Under the pieces are notes generated by a model. The model was not told the DNA's origin. It did no database searches and saw only the letters and a program-made list of their open reading frames with translations. The position numbers and the translations under genes were made by a program. Positions 40,061 through 48,811 of a stretch of DNA of 64,000 bases are shown piece after piece. This stretch comes from Candidatus Bathyarchaeia archaeon (GTDB taxonomy: Archaea; Thermoproteota; Bathyarchaeia; Bathyarchaeales; Bathycorpusculaceae), in NCBI GenBank assembly GCA_038727135.1, contig JAVYWL010000002.1, positions 224,001 to 288,000 on the forward strand, read 5' to 3'. How positions within the stretch are numbered: position 1 is the stretch's first letter; each line of letters opens with the position of its first letter.

Positions 40061-41146
40061 GTGACATGCTTGAAAAGGATAGACGCCTTAAAAAAGAAAG
40101 CCTTCGAAGAAAAAGGTTTTGACGGTTTCTTAATAACAAACGAGGCTAACATGCTTTATTTTGCCGGTTTCCCCGGAGCCACATGCATCCTATTCCCCAA
40201 AAATGGCGAAAACATGCTCTATGTTTACGGCGTCAACTATGAGCAGGCAAAGGCCGAAGGTAAAGGTTTCACAGTTGAGCTTGTTAAACGCGACGAAAAC
40301 TTAGCGGCGAAGGTTGCCGCAAAAATAAAGGATTTAGGCATAAAAAAGCTAGCCTTCGACACATTAACCTATGAAAACTATCGCGGTCTGGCAAAGTTTC
40401 TACGGGGCAAGGCCAAGCTTAAGCCCCAAGGCAAGCTTGTCTGGGAACTCCGCAAGGTGAAGACTACTGAAGAGATTGAGCTGATGCGTAAAGCGGGCGA
40501 ACTCACATGTGAAGGAATGAGGACAGCTTATGAGGTTATAAGGCCCGGCATCCGCGAGTATGAGGCTGCAGCCGAAATAGAATACGCCATGAGAAAGAAG
40601 GGCTCATGGGGAACAGCCTTCGACACCATAGTGGCTTCCGGCGTGCGCTCCGCCTACCCCCATGGAGGCTGCACAGACAAGATAATCCGCGAAGGCGACC
40701 TAGTTGTAGTGGACATCGGCGCTTCTTACCGCTATTATCGCTCAGACATGACAAGAACACTGGTGGCCGGAAAACCATCAGAAAAACAGAAACGCCTCTA
40801 CGAAATCGTAAAAACAGCCCAGCAGAAAGCAGTCCAAACCATAAAAGCGAAGGCAAAAGCAAAAAACATAGACACAATAGCAAGGAAAGTCATTGAGGAG
40901 GCCGGATACGGCGAACACTTCGTCCACAGCCTAGGCCACGGCGTAGGCTTAGAAGTGCATGAACCTCCAGTCCTTGGGCAACAGAGCAAAGACAAACTGG
41001 CAGCAGGCAATGTGGTGACAATTGAACCCGGTATATACTTTGTTGGCTTCGGAGGCATCCGAATAGAAGACACTGTACTCGTAAAGGATCAATGCGGAGA
41101 AAAATTAACTGATGGATTGTACGCTCTTACCCTCAACATGTCATAA
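40061..41146 (+). CDS. Xaa-Pro aminopeptidase (M24B)
   Basis: YRSDMTRT, HSLGHGVGLEVHE, TIEPGIY and GIRIED motifs. Confidence 0.93.
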   Translation: MTCLKRIDALKKKAFEEKGFDGFLITNEANMLYFAGFPGATCILFPKNGENMLYVYGVNYEQAKAEGKGFTVELVKRDENLAAKVAAKIKDLGIKKLAFDTLTYENYRGLAKFLRGKAKLKPQGKLVWELRKVKTTEEIELMRKAGELTCEGMRTAYEVIRPGIREYEAAAEIEYAMRKKGSWGTAFDTIVASGVRSAYPHGGCTDKIIREGDLVVVDIGASYRYYRSDMTRTLVAGKPSEKQKRLYEIVKTAQQKAVQTIKAKAKAKNIDTIARKVIEEAGYGEHFVHSLGHGVGLEVHEPPVLGQQSKDKLAAGNVVTIEPGIYFVGFGGIRIEDTVLVKDQCGEKLTDGLYALTLNMS

Positions 41147-41180
41147 AAATGTTGTGTTGTAAAGGCGATTAAAGCGGATG

Positions 41181-41549
41181 CTACTGATTTACCTTGCTCG
41201 GAATGACCTCTAAAACCTTGAGGATCTCCGCCGCGTCTTCGTACTTTCTACCATCAATTATGACAGTTGGCGTCTTCTTAACCCCTTTCTTCAAAGCCTT
41301 TAATTTGTCGGTTAAATGTGAAACGTCATAAACCAGCAATACATCGTTGGTTCCTTTAACTATTCGCAAAGCCTTCTCCAGAACCATGTAGTCTTCTTGC
41401 TGCAGTATGCGTCCTTTAAATTTGGATTCCAAATCACGGTAAGCCCAGTTAACCATTTCAGGCCCGCAATACATGTGCTGTGACATTTCTCTGTAAAAGC
41501 CTATGTCCACAGATGGTGAAGCTGAGCGGACAAAAACCTCAATCAACAT
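41181..41549 (-). CDS. Hypothetical protein with a thioredoxin-like C-terminus
   Basis: GVKKTPTVIIDG segment; no CxxC. Confidence 0.6.
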   Translation of the reverse strand: MLIEVFVRSASPSVDIGFYREMSQHMYCGPEMVNWAYRDLESKFKGRILQQEDYMVLEKALRIVKGTNDVLLVYDVSHLTDKLKALKKGVKKTPTVIIDGRKYEDAAEILKVLEVIPSKVNQ

Positions 41550-41605
41550 TTCTATCACCAATAATTTAATCAAAAATTGAAATATTTAATTTTGCCAAAC
41601 ACTAT

Positions 41606-42385
41606 ATGCGAGGTGGGCTTCAAGATGGCGAGCTTTTTATAAGGTCGCTGCAGTACATATTGCCAGTTTACGCGGGCGCCATCATTCTTACTTTATTATT
41701 TGAACGAATAACACATTTTAAGCGTTGCCCGGTGGTTTTTGCCTCGACGCGTCGGGAATCTTTGCTTGGTATTTTCCTTTTTGTGTTCTCGATTGGCATA
41801 GGGGTCTCAATCAAAGTTGCCTTTTATACTTTTTTGGCAACTCTGTTTGAAGAACATGAGATGCCAAAATTTACCTGGTTACATTTGGCTGTTAGAATAC
41901 TTATTTTAAGCGCGACATTTATTCCCTTCGCTGTTGCTTTGCTAATAAGGCGTCAGAGTTTGATGACCATAGGCTTGTCGAGGCAAAACCTATTTTCTTC
42001 CACGCTTTTGGGCGTTTTGCTTGGCGGTATAAATATTCTATCCTACGCTATAGCTTTTAATAAACTAAACGTGATAGTTGGTGGGCTCCAGCTTTATCAC
42101 CTCTACTATTTCATTTATACGCTATGTATCGGCTTTACTGAAGAAGCCATTTTCAGGGGCTATTTACATTTGCGTTTCACAGCTTGGCTTGGTGCAAGTA
42201 GAGGTCTTGTTTTAACAGCGCTACTGTTTGCCATTGGTCACATAGGCTCAACAATCCCCAACGTGATTTCGACATTTATTTTTGGCTTAATAACCGGATG
42301 GATCATGCAGAAAAGCCAAAATATTGTAGGATTGTCCATATGGCACGCTTTCCAAGATTGGGTCTGGGTATTATACTATGCCTAG
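41606..42385 (+). CDS. CPBP/CAAX (Abi) intramembrane metalloprotease
   Basis: EEAIFRG, FAIGH and HAFQD motifs; multiple TM helices. Confidence 0.88.
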   Translation: MRGGLQDGELFIRSLQYILPVYAGAIILTLLFERITHFKRCPVVFASTRRESLLGIFLFVFSIGIGVSIKVAFYTFLATLFEEHEMPKFTWLHLAVRILILSATFIPFAVALLIRRQSLMTIGLSRQNLFSSTLLGVLLGGINILSYAIAFNKLNVIVGGLQLYHLYYFIYTLCIGFTEEAIFRGYLHLRFTAWLGASRGLVLTALLFAIGHIGSTIPNVISTFIFGLITGWIMQKSQNIVGLSIWHAFQDWVWVLYYA

Positions 42386-42451
42386 ATGTTATTTTACAAA
42401 ATCTTTAGAAAGGGTAAATGATAAAACTATGAGTTGCAAGAGGTGTTAGGC

Positions 42452-43045
42452 ATGTCAGAGAGAATGTGTGTTATAATAATTGACATGCTTAACGATTTTG
42501 TTATTGGTGATCTGAAGTGTGAGAGAGCCCAACGCATAATTCCTAATCTTAAGAGACTTGTGGAGGCAGCTCGCAAGTATGGCGTTCCAGTCGTTTATAG
42601 TAATGATGCCCATTATCCTAACGATTTTGAGGTTGTCCACCGTTGGGGCAAACATGCCATAAAAGGCACCAGGGGCGCCGAGGTTATTCCAGAACTTAAG
42701 CCCACGGAGAAGGATTTTGTTGTGGAGAAGCGAACTTACAGCGGTTTTTACGAGACTGGTTTGGACCCGCTTTTAAGAAGCCTATACAATGGTGAGGGTG
42801 TAAAAACGGTTATTCTTGGCGGTTTGCACACTCACATTTGCGTGCGGCACACGGCTGCGGACGCCTTTTTCAGAGGCTACAAAATAATCGTGGCAAAGGA
42901 CGGTGTGGAATCCTTCACACAAGAAGACCACGAACAGGGTTTAAAGTACTTGGAGTACGTTTACAACGCAAAAATAATGGCCGTCGACGAGATCATAAGC
43001 GAGATGGCGAAAAGCCGAAAACAGGGTAAAGGCCATGCAAAATAA
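42452..43045 (+). CDS. Isochorismatase/nicotinamidase-family cysteine hydrolase
   Basis: IIDMLNDF, EKRTYSGF and THICVRHT catalytic triad motifs. Confidence 0.9.
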   Translation: MSERMCVIIIDMLNDFVIGDLKCERAQRIIPNLKRLVEAARKYGVPVVYSNDAHYPNDFEVVHRWGKHAIKGTRGAEVIPELKPTEKDFVVEKRTYSGFYETGLDPLLRSLYNGEGVKTVILGGLHTHICVRHTAADAFFRGYKIIVAKDGVESFTQEDHEQGLKYLEYVYNAKIMAVDEIISEMAKSRKQGKGHAK

Positions 43046-43835
43046 ACTGAAAATTGAGAACCTTCAAGACTCAAACATAGACGACGTCATTTATGTCTGT
43101 TCTTCCAAGGGGCTCGGCGACCCTGTTCATCAAGAGGGTGTTAGGCTTAAGAGGCTTTGGCTTAAGGAAATGCTTGACAATTATGGTTCTTGTGCAAAAG
43201 TCGCCTACCACGATGATAAGCCGGCAGCTCAAATCCTCTACTATCCAGAAGAGGCTGACAAAGCAAAGGCGCTTAGGCGTGAAGGCGTCCTCGTCATAAA
43301 CTGCATTTACAACCCGACATCGGAAGCACGGAGGCTAGGACTGGGCAAGTTGTTGCAAGGCGTTATTAAGGATGTCAAGGAGAGAAAATCATGTCTTGGC
43401 GATAAACAATGTAAGTTTATTTTGGCAAACGCCTTCAACACTGGCGAGTTCCTCCCAATGCCCGATTTTTACAGGAAATATGGTTTTATCCTGACCGGCG
43501 AAGGGAACGCGATGTATCTTCAAATAGAGGGCGAATACGAGCCAGCCCCCAAGATGAAATATGAACCGTTGGAGGAGGATGCTGATAAAGCAATAATATT
43601 CTACGGTCAAAAGTGTCAGTTTTCCTATCCGTTTGCGAAAAAGATTGAGGCTATGATTAGAGAAACTTTGCCTAACATAAAAATCGAGATGATAAATGAG
43701 TGGGAGAAGCCTGAAGAATCTACAAAGCGGGGAAACTGGTGGCTTGTTGTAAACGCCAAGCCAATCCACACCTTCTTCATGGATACGGAAAGGTTTAAGG
43801 CTGAAATTAGGCAGGCGGCATATGGGACGCTTTAA
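43035..43835 (+). CDS. YoaP-like GNAT-fold protein
   Basis: VINCIY...RRLGLG, DFYRKYGF and a C-terminal CQFS domain. Confidence 0.7.
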   Translation: MQNKLKIENLQDSNIDDVIYVCSSKGLGDPVHQEGVRLKRLWLKEMLDNYGSCAKVAYHDDKPAAQILYYPEEADKAKALRREGVLVINCIYNPTSEARRLGLGKLLQGVIKDVKERKSCLGDKQCKFILANAFNTGEFLPMPDFYRKYGFILTGEGNAMYLQIEGEYEPAPKMKYEPLEEDADKAIIFYGQKCQFSYPFAKKIEAMIRETLPNIKIEMINEWEKPEESTKRGNWWLVVNAKPIHTFFMDTERFKAEIRQAAYGTL

Positions 43836-43896
43836 TGGGGTTAGGTTTAATTAGAAATGGAAGGAAAAGTTTAAAAGCAACATCAGCGATACGCAT

Positions 43897-43985
43897 GGAA
43901 GGATGATGGGGAGAATGATGGGGTTCTGATTTTCTCCCTTCTCTCCTTTCTCCCCTCTAAAAAGGCTCCACCATTCTCCCCGGAA
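43897..43985 (+). ncRNA. Candidate hairpin small RNA
   Basis: 16-bp imperfect stem (43908-43923 with 43966-43981) around a 42-nt CU-rich loop; TTTAAAA box at about 43870. Confidence 0.35.
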
Positions 43986-44130
43986 ATTTAGCACATTTTA
44001 GCCTCTTATAGCTTATGGAAGAATCTTCTATTCGCACCTCAGCTGCCGAAAGCATCGTGTGGAGAGCAAAATTTAAAGCTGAAGCCTTTTCAAATGAGAG
44101 TTTGCCCCTAGTAGGCTGGTGGTGTTGATT

Positions 44131-44610
44131 ATGGCGAAAATCCTTGTTGTTTACGATTCTAAAACTGGGAATACTGAGAAGATGGCTTATGCCGTAGCTG
44201 AGGGCGCAAAAGAGGTTGAGGGCACTGAGGTTATCGTCAAGAAGGTTGACCAAACAAGCCTTGAAGACTTGTTGGCAGCGGACGGCATCATAATGGGTTC
44301 GCCAACATATTATGGGCAAATGTCAGCCAAGCTTAAGGCGCTAATAGACGAGTCCGTGAAAATTCATGGGAAACTTGAAGGAAAAGTGGGCGCAGCCTTC
44401 ACCAGCTCTGGAGGAACAGCCACAGGAGCAGAAACAACACTCTTGTCCATAATAAATGCCATGCTAATCCACGGGATGATCGTTCAAGGAAGAGCAAACG
44501 ACAAACACTATGGCGCAGCGGCAGTGGAAAAACCCGACAAAGAAGAGCTTGAATATTGCCGCGAACTTGGAAAAAGAACAGCTACTCTGGTCAAGAAGCT
44601 AAAGGCTTAA
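44131..44610 (+). CDS. Flavodoxin / WrbA-like NAD(P)H:quinone oxidoreductase
   Basis: YDSKTGNT, GSPTYYG and GKVGAAFTS motifs. Confidence 0.9.
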   Translation: MAKILVVYDSKTGNTEKMAYAVAEGAKEVEGTEVIVKKVDQTSLEDLLAADGIIMGSPTYYGQMSAKLKALIDESVKIHGKLEGKVGAAFTSSGGTATGAETTLLSIINAMLIHGMIVQGRANDKHYGAAAVEKPDKEELEYCRELGKRTATLVKKLKA

Positions 44611-44625
44611 AATTTGCTGGTGCAG

Positions 44626-44700
44626 TGGGCCCGGCCGGATTTGAACCGGCGACCAACAGGTTATGAGCCTGTCGCTCTAACCTAGCTGAGCTACGGGCCC
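44626..44700 (-). tRNA. tRNA with CAU anticodon, probably tRNA-Ile2 (agmatidine) rather than Met; no intron
   Basis: Full cloverleaf GGGCCCG...ACAGG-CTCATAA-CCTGT...GGTTCAAATCC...CGGGCCCA; the GGGCCC acceptor stem is typical of archaeal Ile tRNAs. Confidence 0.93.
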
Positions 44701-44856
44701 ACCTGGCTTTTCGGTTGATAGAATTTGTTTTGCCATTATGAAAGTTTTACGGTTAGAAGTTGCTGTCGAACCAAGTAATCCTTTTTATTTAACATTGCTC
44801 TGATTTGTTGCTGAAGCTTCTCCAATTGTCATAGTCCTTTAAGATCTGGTGGTTTA

Positions 44857-47160
44857 ATGAGTGTCGAAGATAGGCTAATGATTGAGCGTTCGCTCACGGA
44901 AATGATGAAAGAGGCTCTTAAAGCCTTTCATAGAAGGCTTCTTGTTGTTTGTGGTAAGGAAGCAGTAGATGTTCTGGCTTATATTGTATCAAAACATCGG
45001 GCAATTAGGGGTGAAAGCGATGAAAGGGTTGTTTTTGTGGATGATGGAAATAGTGAAACTGTTTACGGGAAGCTTGTTGGAAAGCTTGGGGAGATGGGTT
45101 ATCAAACCGGCAATGTTAAGCGCTACACGTATGAGGACACACATAGGGTTATGGGAACCACCAATGATATATTAATCCTCGACATGTCTAAAGGCGCAAG
45201 ACCCAACGACATTGGGAGGCTAATAGAAACCGTAAGGGGCGGGGGTCTAGTAATCTTCTACAATCTAGACTTGGGGGCGGAGAAGCCTTGGAATACAAGC
45301 ATCCATAAGAAGCTTGCATCCCCACCTTACACTGAAAGCGACTTGAGAAATAGATTTGAGAAGTTCTTTGTTAGGAAAATTCTTGAAAATCCATGCGTTT
45401 GGATTCTTGAAAACTGGAGAATTGTTAAAGGAGAACTTCTAAATCCTGCTCGGGCTGTTAGGGAAAAGGCTGTCCCACCCAAGAGGAGTAGAATTCCACA
45501 GCCGATTCTTAGGCTTGCCTTAACTCGTGAGCAGATGAAAGCCTTAGAATCCTTCGAGTTCCTCGACATCAAAAAAAGATGCATGATTGTTCTGATATCC
45601 AACCGTGGGAGGGGGAAATCAGCTCTTCTAGGATTAGGAGCAGCTGCTCTCCTTTCCTTCGGCTTTGGAAAGGTGGTTGTTACTGCTCCCGCTTGTGAGG
45701 AGGTTCAAACGGTTTTCGAGATGGCTGAGCAGGCGCTACTATCTATAGGCGAAAGGGTGAAACGTGAGCGCATAAACGATTTGGTTTATAGGCTTTCGTG
45801 CAAGAGGGGCGTTTTAGAGTTTATCCCACCCTACAAGACGATTAGTGAGACCGCCGACGCTGTTTTGGTTGATGAGGCCGGCGGAATCCACGTTTCGCTA
45901 CTCTTTCAAATAGCTGAAAAGTTTCCGAGGGCTGTTTTCGCTTCAACAGTGCACGGATACGAAGGCGCCGGTAGGGGCTTCTCTCTAAGATTTTTGAAAT
46001 CCGTAGAAAAGCTTGAAGACGTTAAACCCCACATAATTGAGTTGAAAGAGCCTATAAGGTACGCGCCAGAAGACCCTGTTGAAAAGTGGCTTTATGACGC
46101 TTTGCTTTTAAACGCTGAGCCAGCCGAACTTGAGGGCGAACAATTTAGTCTTGAGAATTGCATATACGAAGAGCCAAATCTTGACTTATGGTTTGAGAGG
46201 GATGAGGGGAAACTCCGCCAGTTTGTGGGCATCTACGTGCTTGCCCACTATAGAAACAGACCTGACGACTTGCTAATCCTTGGAGACGCACCACACCATT
46301 CGGCAAGGGCTATTTTCTCTCCCTCGGGAAAGGTTCTGGCGGCCTTGCAGGTCGATGAGGAAGGACGGATGAGTCAAGAGCTTGTAGAGCAGATTTTGAC
46401 GGGTAAGCCTCCGTCAGGTCACCTTATTCCCTCTTGCGTTGTGAAGTATAATCCGCAATACAGAGCCTTTTCAGATTTTAGGGGCTTGAGGGTTGTTAGG
46501 ATTGCTGTTCACCCAGAGCTTATGGGACGCGGGTTGGGAAGCCTAGCCCTTAGAAGGCTATGCGAAGAGGCTAAATGCGAAGGTTTCGAGTGGGTTGGAG
46601 CCAGCTTTGGGGCTAATGCTGAGCTTGTGGATTTCTGGCTTAAAAATGGTTTTGTGCCAGTTCACATAAGCCCGATGAGGAATGTGGCCTCTGGTGAGTT
46701 CAGCGTCATAGTTATTAAGCCCTTAAGTGAAAAGGCGCAAGACCTTGTTAGGGAGGTTCACAGAGAATTTAAGATTAGGCTTTTTGAGGCTCTTCCGGAC
46801 ACATATTTCAACCTTGAACCTCAAGTGGCTGCACGCCTCCTAAAAAAGCAAGAGTGGACAAGCCGTGAAGCTTTGACGTTGTCTGCTTCACAGCATGGTA
46901 GGCTCCTTCAATATTGTGATGGAAAACTTGCCTATGAAGGGGCATGCGACGCTGTTAAGCAACTCTTAAGGGTTCATTTCCTCGGTTCCGGCGATGCTAG
47001 AGCGGACTTGGAAATGGATGTTGAAGCTAAACTCATAGCCAGATGCCTGCAAGCTCGCTCATGGGGACACGTGGCGAGAGCCTTCAAAACCCAGCCGGCT
47101 AATCTTAAGGCTGAAGTGCGCTCTCACATTGCGAAGATGGCAGTCTTCTACAACGTTTAA
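44857..47160 (+). CDS. tmcA: RNA cytidine acetyltransferase TmcA/Nat10
   Basis: ETVRGGG, RGRGKS, DEA, TVHGYEGAGRGF, AHYRNRPDD and RIAVHPELMGRGLGS motifs. Confidence 0.93.
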   Translation: MSVEDRLMIERSLTEMMKEALKAFHRRLLVVCGKEAVDVLAYIVSKHRAIRGESDERVVFVDDGNSETVYGKLVGKLGEMGYQTGNVKRYTYEDTHRVMGTTNDILILDMSKGARPNDIGRLIETVRGGGLVIFYNLDLGAEKPWNTSIHKKLASPPYTESDLRNRFEKFFVRKILENPCVWILENWRIVKGELLNPARAVREKAVPPKRSRIPQPILRLALTREQMKALESFEFLDIKKRCMIVLISNRGRGKSALLGLGAAALLSFGFGKVVVTAPACEEVQTVFEMAEQALLSIGERVKRERINDLVYRLSCKRGVLEFIPPYKTISETADAVLVDEAGGIHVSLLFQIAEKFPRAVFASTVHGYEGAGRGFSLRFLKSVEKLEDVKPHIIELKEPIRYAPEDPVEKWLYDALLLNAEPAELEGEQFSLENCIYEEPNLDLWFERDEGKLRQFVGIYVLAHYRNRPDDLLILGDAPHHSARAIFSPSGKVLAALQVDEEGRMSQELVEQILTGKPPSGHLIPSCVVKYNPQYRAFSDFRGLRVVRIAVHPELMGRGLGSLALRRLCEEAKCEGFEWVGASFGANAELVDFWLKNGFVPVHISPMRNVASGEFSVIVIKPLSEKAQDLVREVHREFKIRLFEALPDTYFNLEPQVAARLLKKQEWTSREALTLSASQHGRLLQYCDGKLAYEGACDAVKQLLRVHFLGSGDARADLEMDVEAKLIARCLQARSWGHVARAFKTQPANLKAEVRSHIAKMAVFYNV

Positions 47161-47208
47161 AGAGTTATCAAAACAATTTTAAGGATGTTCCACACGGAAT
47201 TAAAAACT

Positions 47209-47550
47209 ATGGAAGGCTTTGGCTTTAAGGATCCAGAACTAAAGGTTTTCACCTTGCCCACATGCTCAAGCTGCCCCGCCGCCAAGCAAATAGCCTTTGA
47301 AGTCGCCCAAAAGCTAGGCTTACCTTATCGAGAGGTGGACATGAACACGCGGGAAGGCCTTGAAGAGGGACTAGCCCACCGAATTATGAGCGCTCCCAGC
47401 ATAGCCTTAGGCGACGAGGTCATTGTTGCTGGGCGCCTCATTTCCAAGGAGAAGCTTGAGGAGGAAGTTCGCAAAAGGCTGGAGAAGTGGCGCGCCAGAG
47501 CCTCCTCGGAACATCAAATATTGAGAGATGAAAATTTTGGAAGACGTTAA
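47209..47550 (+). CDS. Thioredoxin/glutaredoxin-like protein
   Basis: PTCSSCP CxxC motif and MSAP cis-Pro segment. Confidence 0.85.
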   Translation: MEGFGFKDPELKVFTLPTCSSCPAAKQIAFEVAQKLGLPYREVDMNTREGLEEGLAHRIMSAPSIALGDEVIVAGRLISKEKLEEEVRKRLEKWRARASSEHQILRDENFGRR

Positions 47551-47899
47551 GAAAGCTGTAACTGTCTTTAACTATGCGGAGAAAATTAAAACAAACCTCA
47601 TCATGGCTTCAAGCCTCCTAGAATTTTTGGGCGGAATAAAAGAGGAGGCGGAGACGGCTGGCGCAGAAAAACTTTTGGTGGCTTATCTTAACGCCCTAAT
47701 TGTTGAGATTAATATTGCGGCCAACGCTTCGCAGGTTGAGGGTTTTAGGGATATAGCCTCAAAACTTCAGAAGGCTGCCGAGCATGTGAGGCAGCGCAAC
47801 TACGCAGTTGTTCAGCGATTTATTTCAGAAGCCATATCCATGGCGACGACTCATGGAAGCTGGGCGGCTCAAACCTTAAAGGAGAAAAACCTAATCTAG
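47528..47899 (+). CDS. Hypothetical helical protein
   Basis: 123 aa ORF overlapping the thioredoxin gene. Confidence 0.7.
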   Translation: MKILEDVKKAVTVFNYAEKIKTNLIMASSLLEFLGGIKEEAETAGAEKLLVAYLNALIVEINIAANASQVEGFRDIASKLQKAAEHVRQRNYAVVQRFISEAISMATTHGSWAAQTLKEKNLI

Positions 47900-47911
47900 T
47901 CGGCATGTAAC

Positions 47912-48787
47912 TTACTTCCCTGTCATCCTTTCAAAATGGAATAGATATTCTTGAGCGTATCCAGCATAAGCGCCGAAATACCTCCGTCCAAAAAGGCTAA
48001 GCCTCTCATAATCCGCCCTTGTCAATGACCTTTTAAGCGAAATTTTCTCAACAAACTCTTTTTCAAAGTGGTTTGCGTAATGCCTTACCATTACACGTTT
48101 CATCCAAACGTCCACCGGAAAAGCCTCAAGCTTTTCTAGAGAGAAAAGCGCCACGCAATCCGCCACTTTTAAGCCTACGCCCTTTAAAGTCAGCAACCTT
48201 TCTCTGGCGCTTTTATAGTCTTCTTTTTTAAGCTCTTCGATTTCAAGTTCGCCGTCGGCAACTTTTTTGGCGGCTTCATGGACGTACTTGGCTCTGTAGC
48301 CTAAACCGCACTCGGCTAGCTGCGTGGGACTTGCTTTTGCAAGTTTTTCTGCTGTTGGGAAAGCATACATGGTGCAGCCATTCAGCCACGTTTTTTCTCC
48401 GAAACGTTTGGAGAGATTGTTAAGCATCCTTTTTATGGCTGGTATGTTCTTGTAGGTGGCGCATATGTAAGAGATAAGGCACTCCCAAGGGTCTTGGCGC
48501 AGAATCCGCAAGCCTTTAAGAGCTTCAACAGCTTCTCCGATGTGCTCATCTCTTGCTATTTTTGATAAAATTAGGGGCAAGTTGTCGTCAAGCCCAAAAT
48601 AGGTTTTGACGAGGCCGTGATTGGCGCCTTCAAATTCAAGCGTATTGCCAGTTTGCCTAACCTTTAATGGTATGTCTTTAACCGTGCCATACCACCACTC
48701 GCCAACTTTTTCCCATCTGAAGGCTTGACCACAACACAGTGTCAAATCTAAATTGAAAGGCTGCCAAGGCTTCAAAACAATCTCCAT
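47912..48787 (-). CDS. 8-oxoguanine DNA glycosylase (Ogg1 type)
   Basis: CGQAFRW, GLRILRQDPWE, GLGYRA, LKGVGLKVADC, FPVDVW and AGYAQEYLF motifs. Confidence 0.92.
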   Translation of the reverse strand: MEIVLKPWQPFNLDLTLCCGQAFRWEKVGEWWYGTVKDIPLKVRQTGNTLEFEGANHGLVKTYFGLDDNLPLILSKIARDEHIGEAVEALKGLRILRQDPWECLISYICATYKNIPAIKRMLNNLSKRFGEKTWLNGCTMYAFPTAEKLAKASPTQLAECGLGYRAKYVHEAAKKVADGELEIEELKKEDYKSARERLLTLKGVGLKVADCVALFSLEKLEAFPVDVWMKRVMVRHYANHFEKEFVEKISLKRSLTRADYERLSLFGRRYFGAYAGYAQEYLFHFERMTGK

Positions 48788-48811
48788 AAGCTTTCACTTC
48801 ACATAAGCGCA

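Noticed and set aside
44626-44700. tRNA as the attachment site of an integrated element
   Set aside because: No duplicated tRNA end or integrase seen in the window
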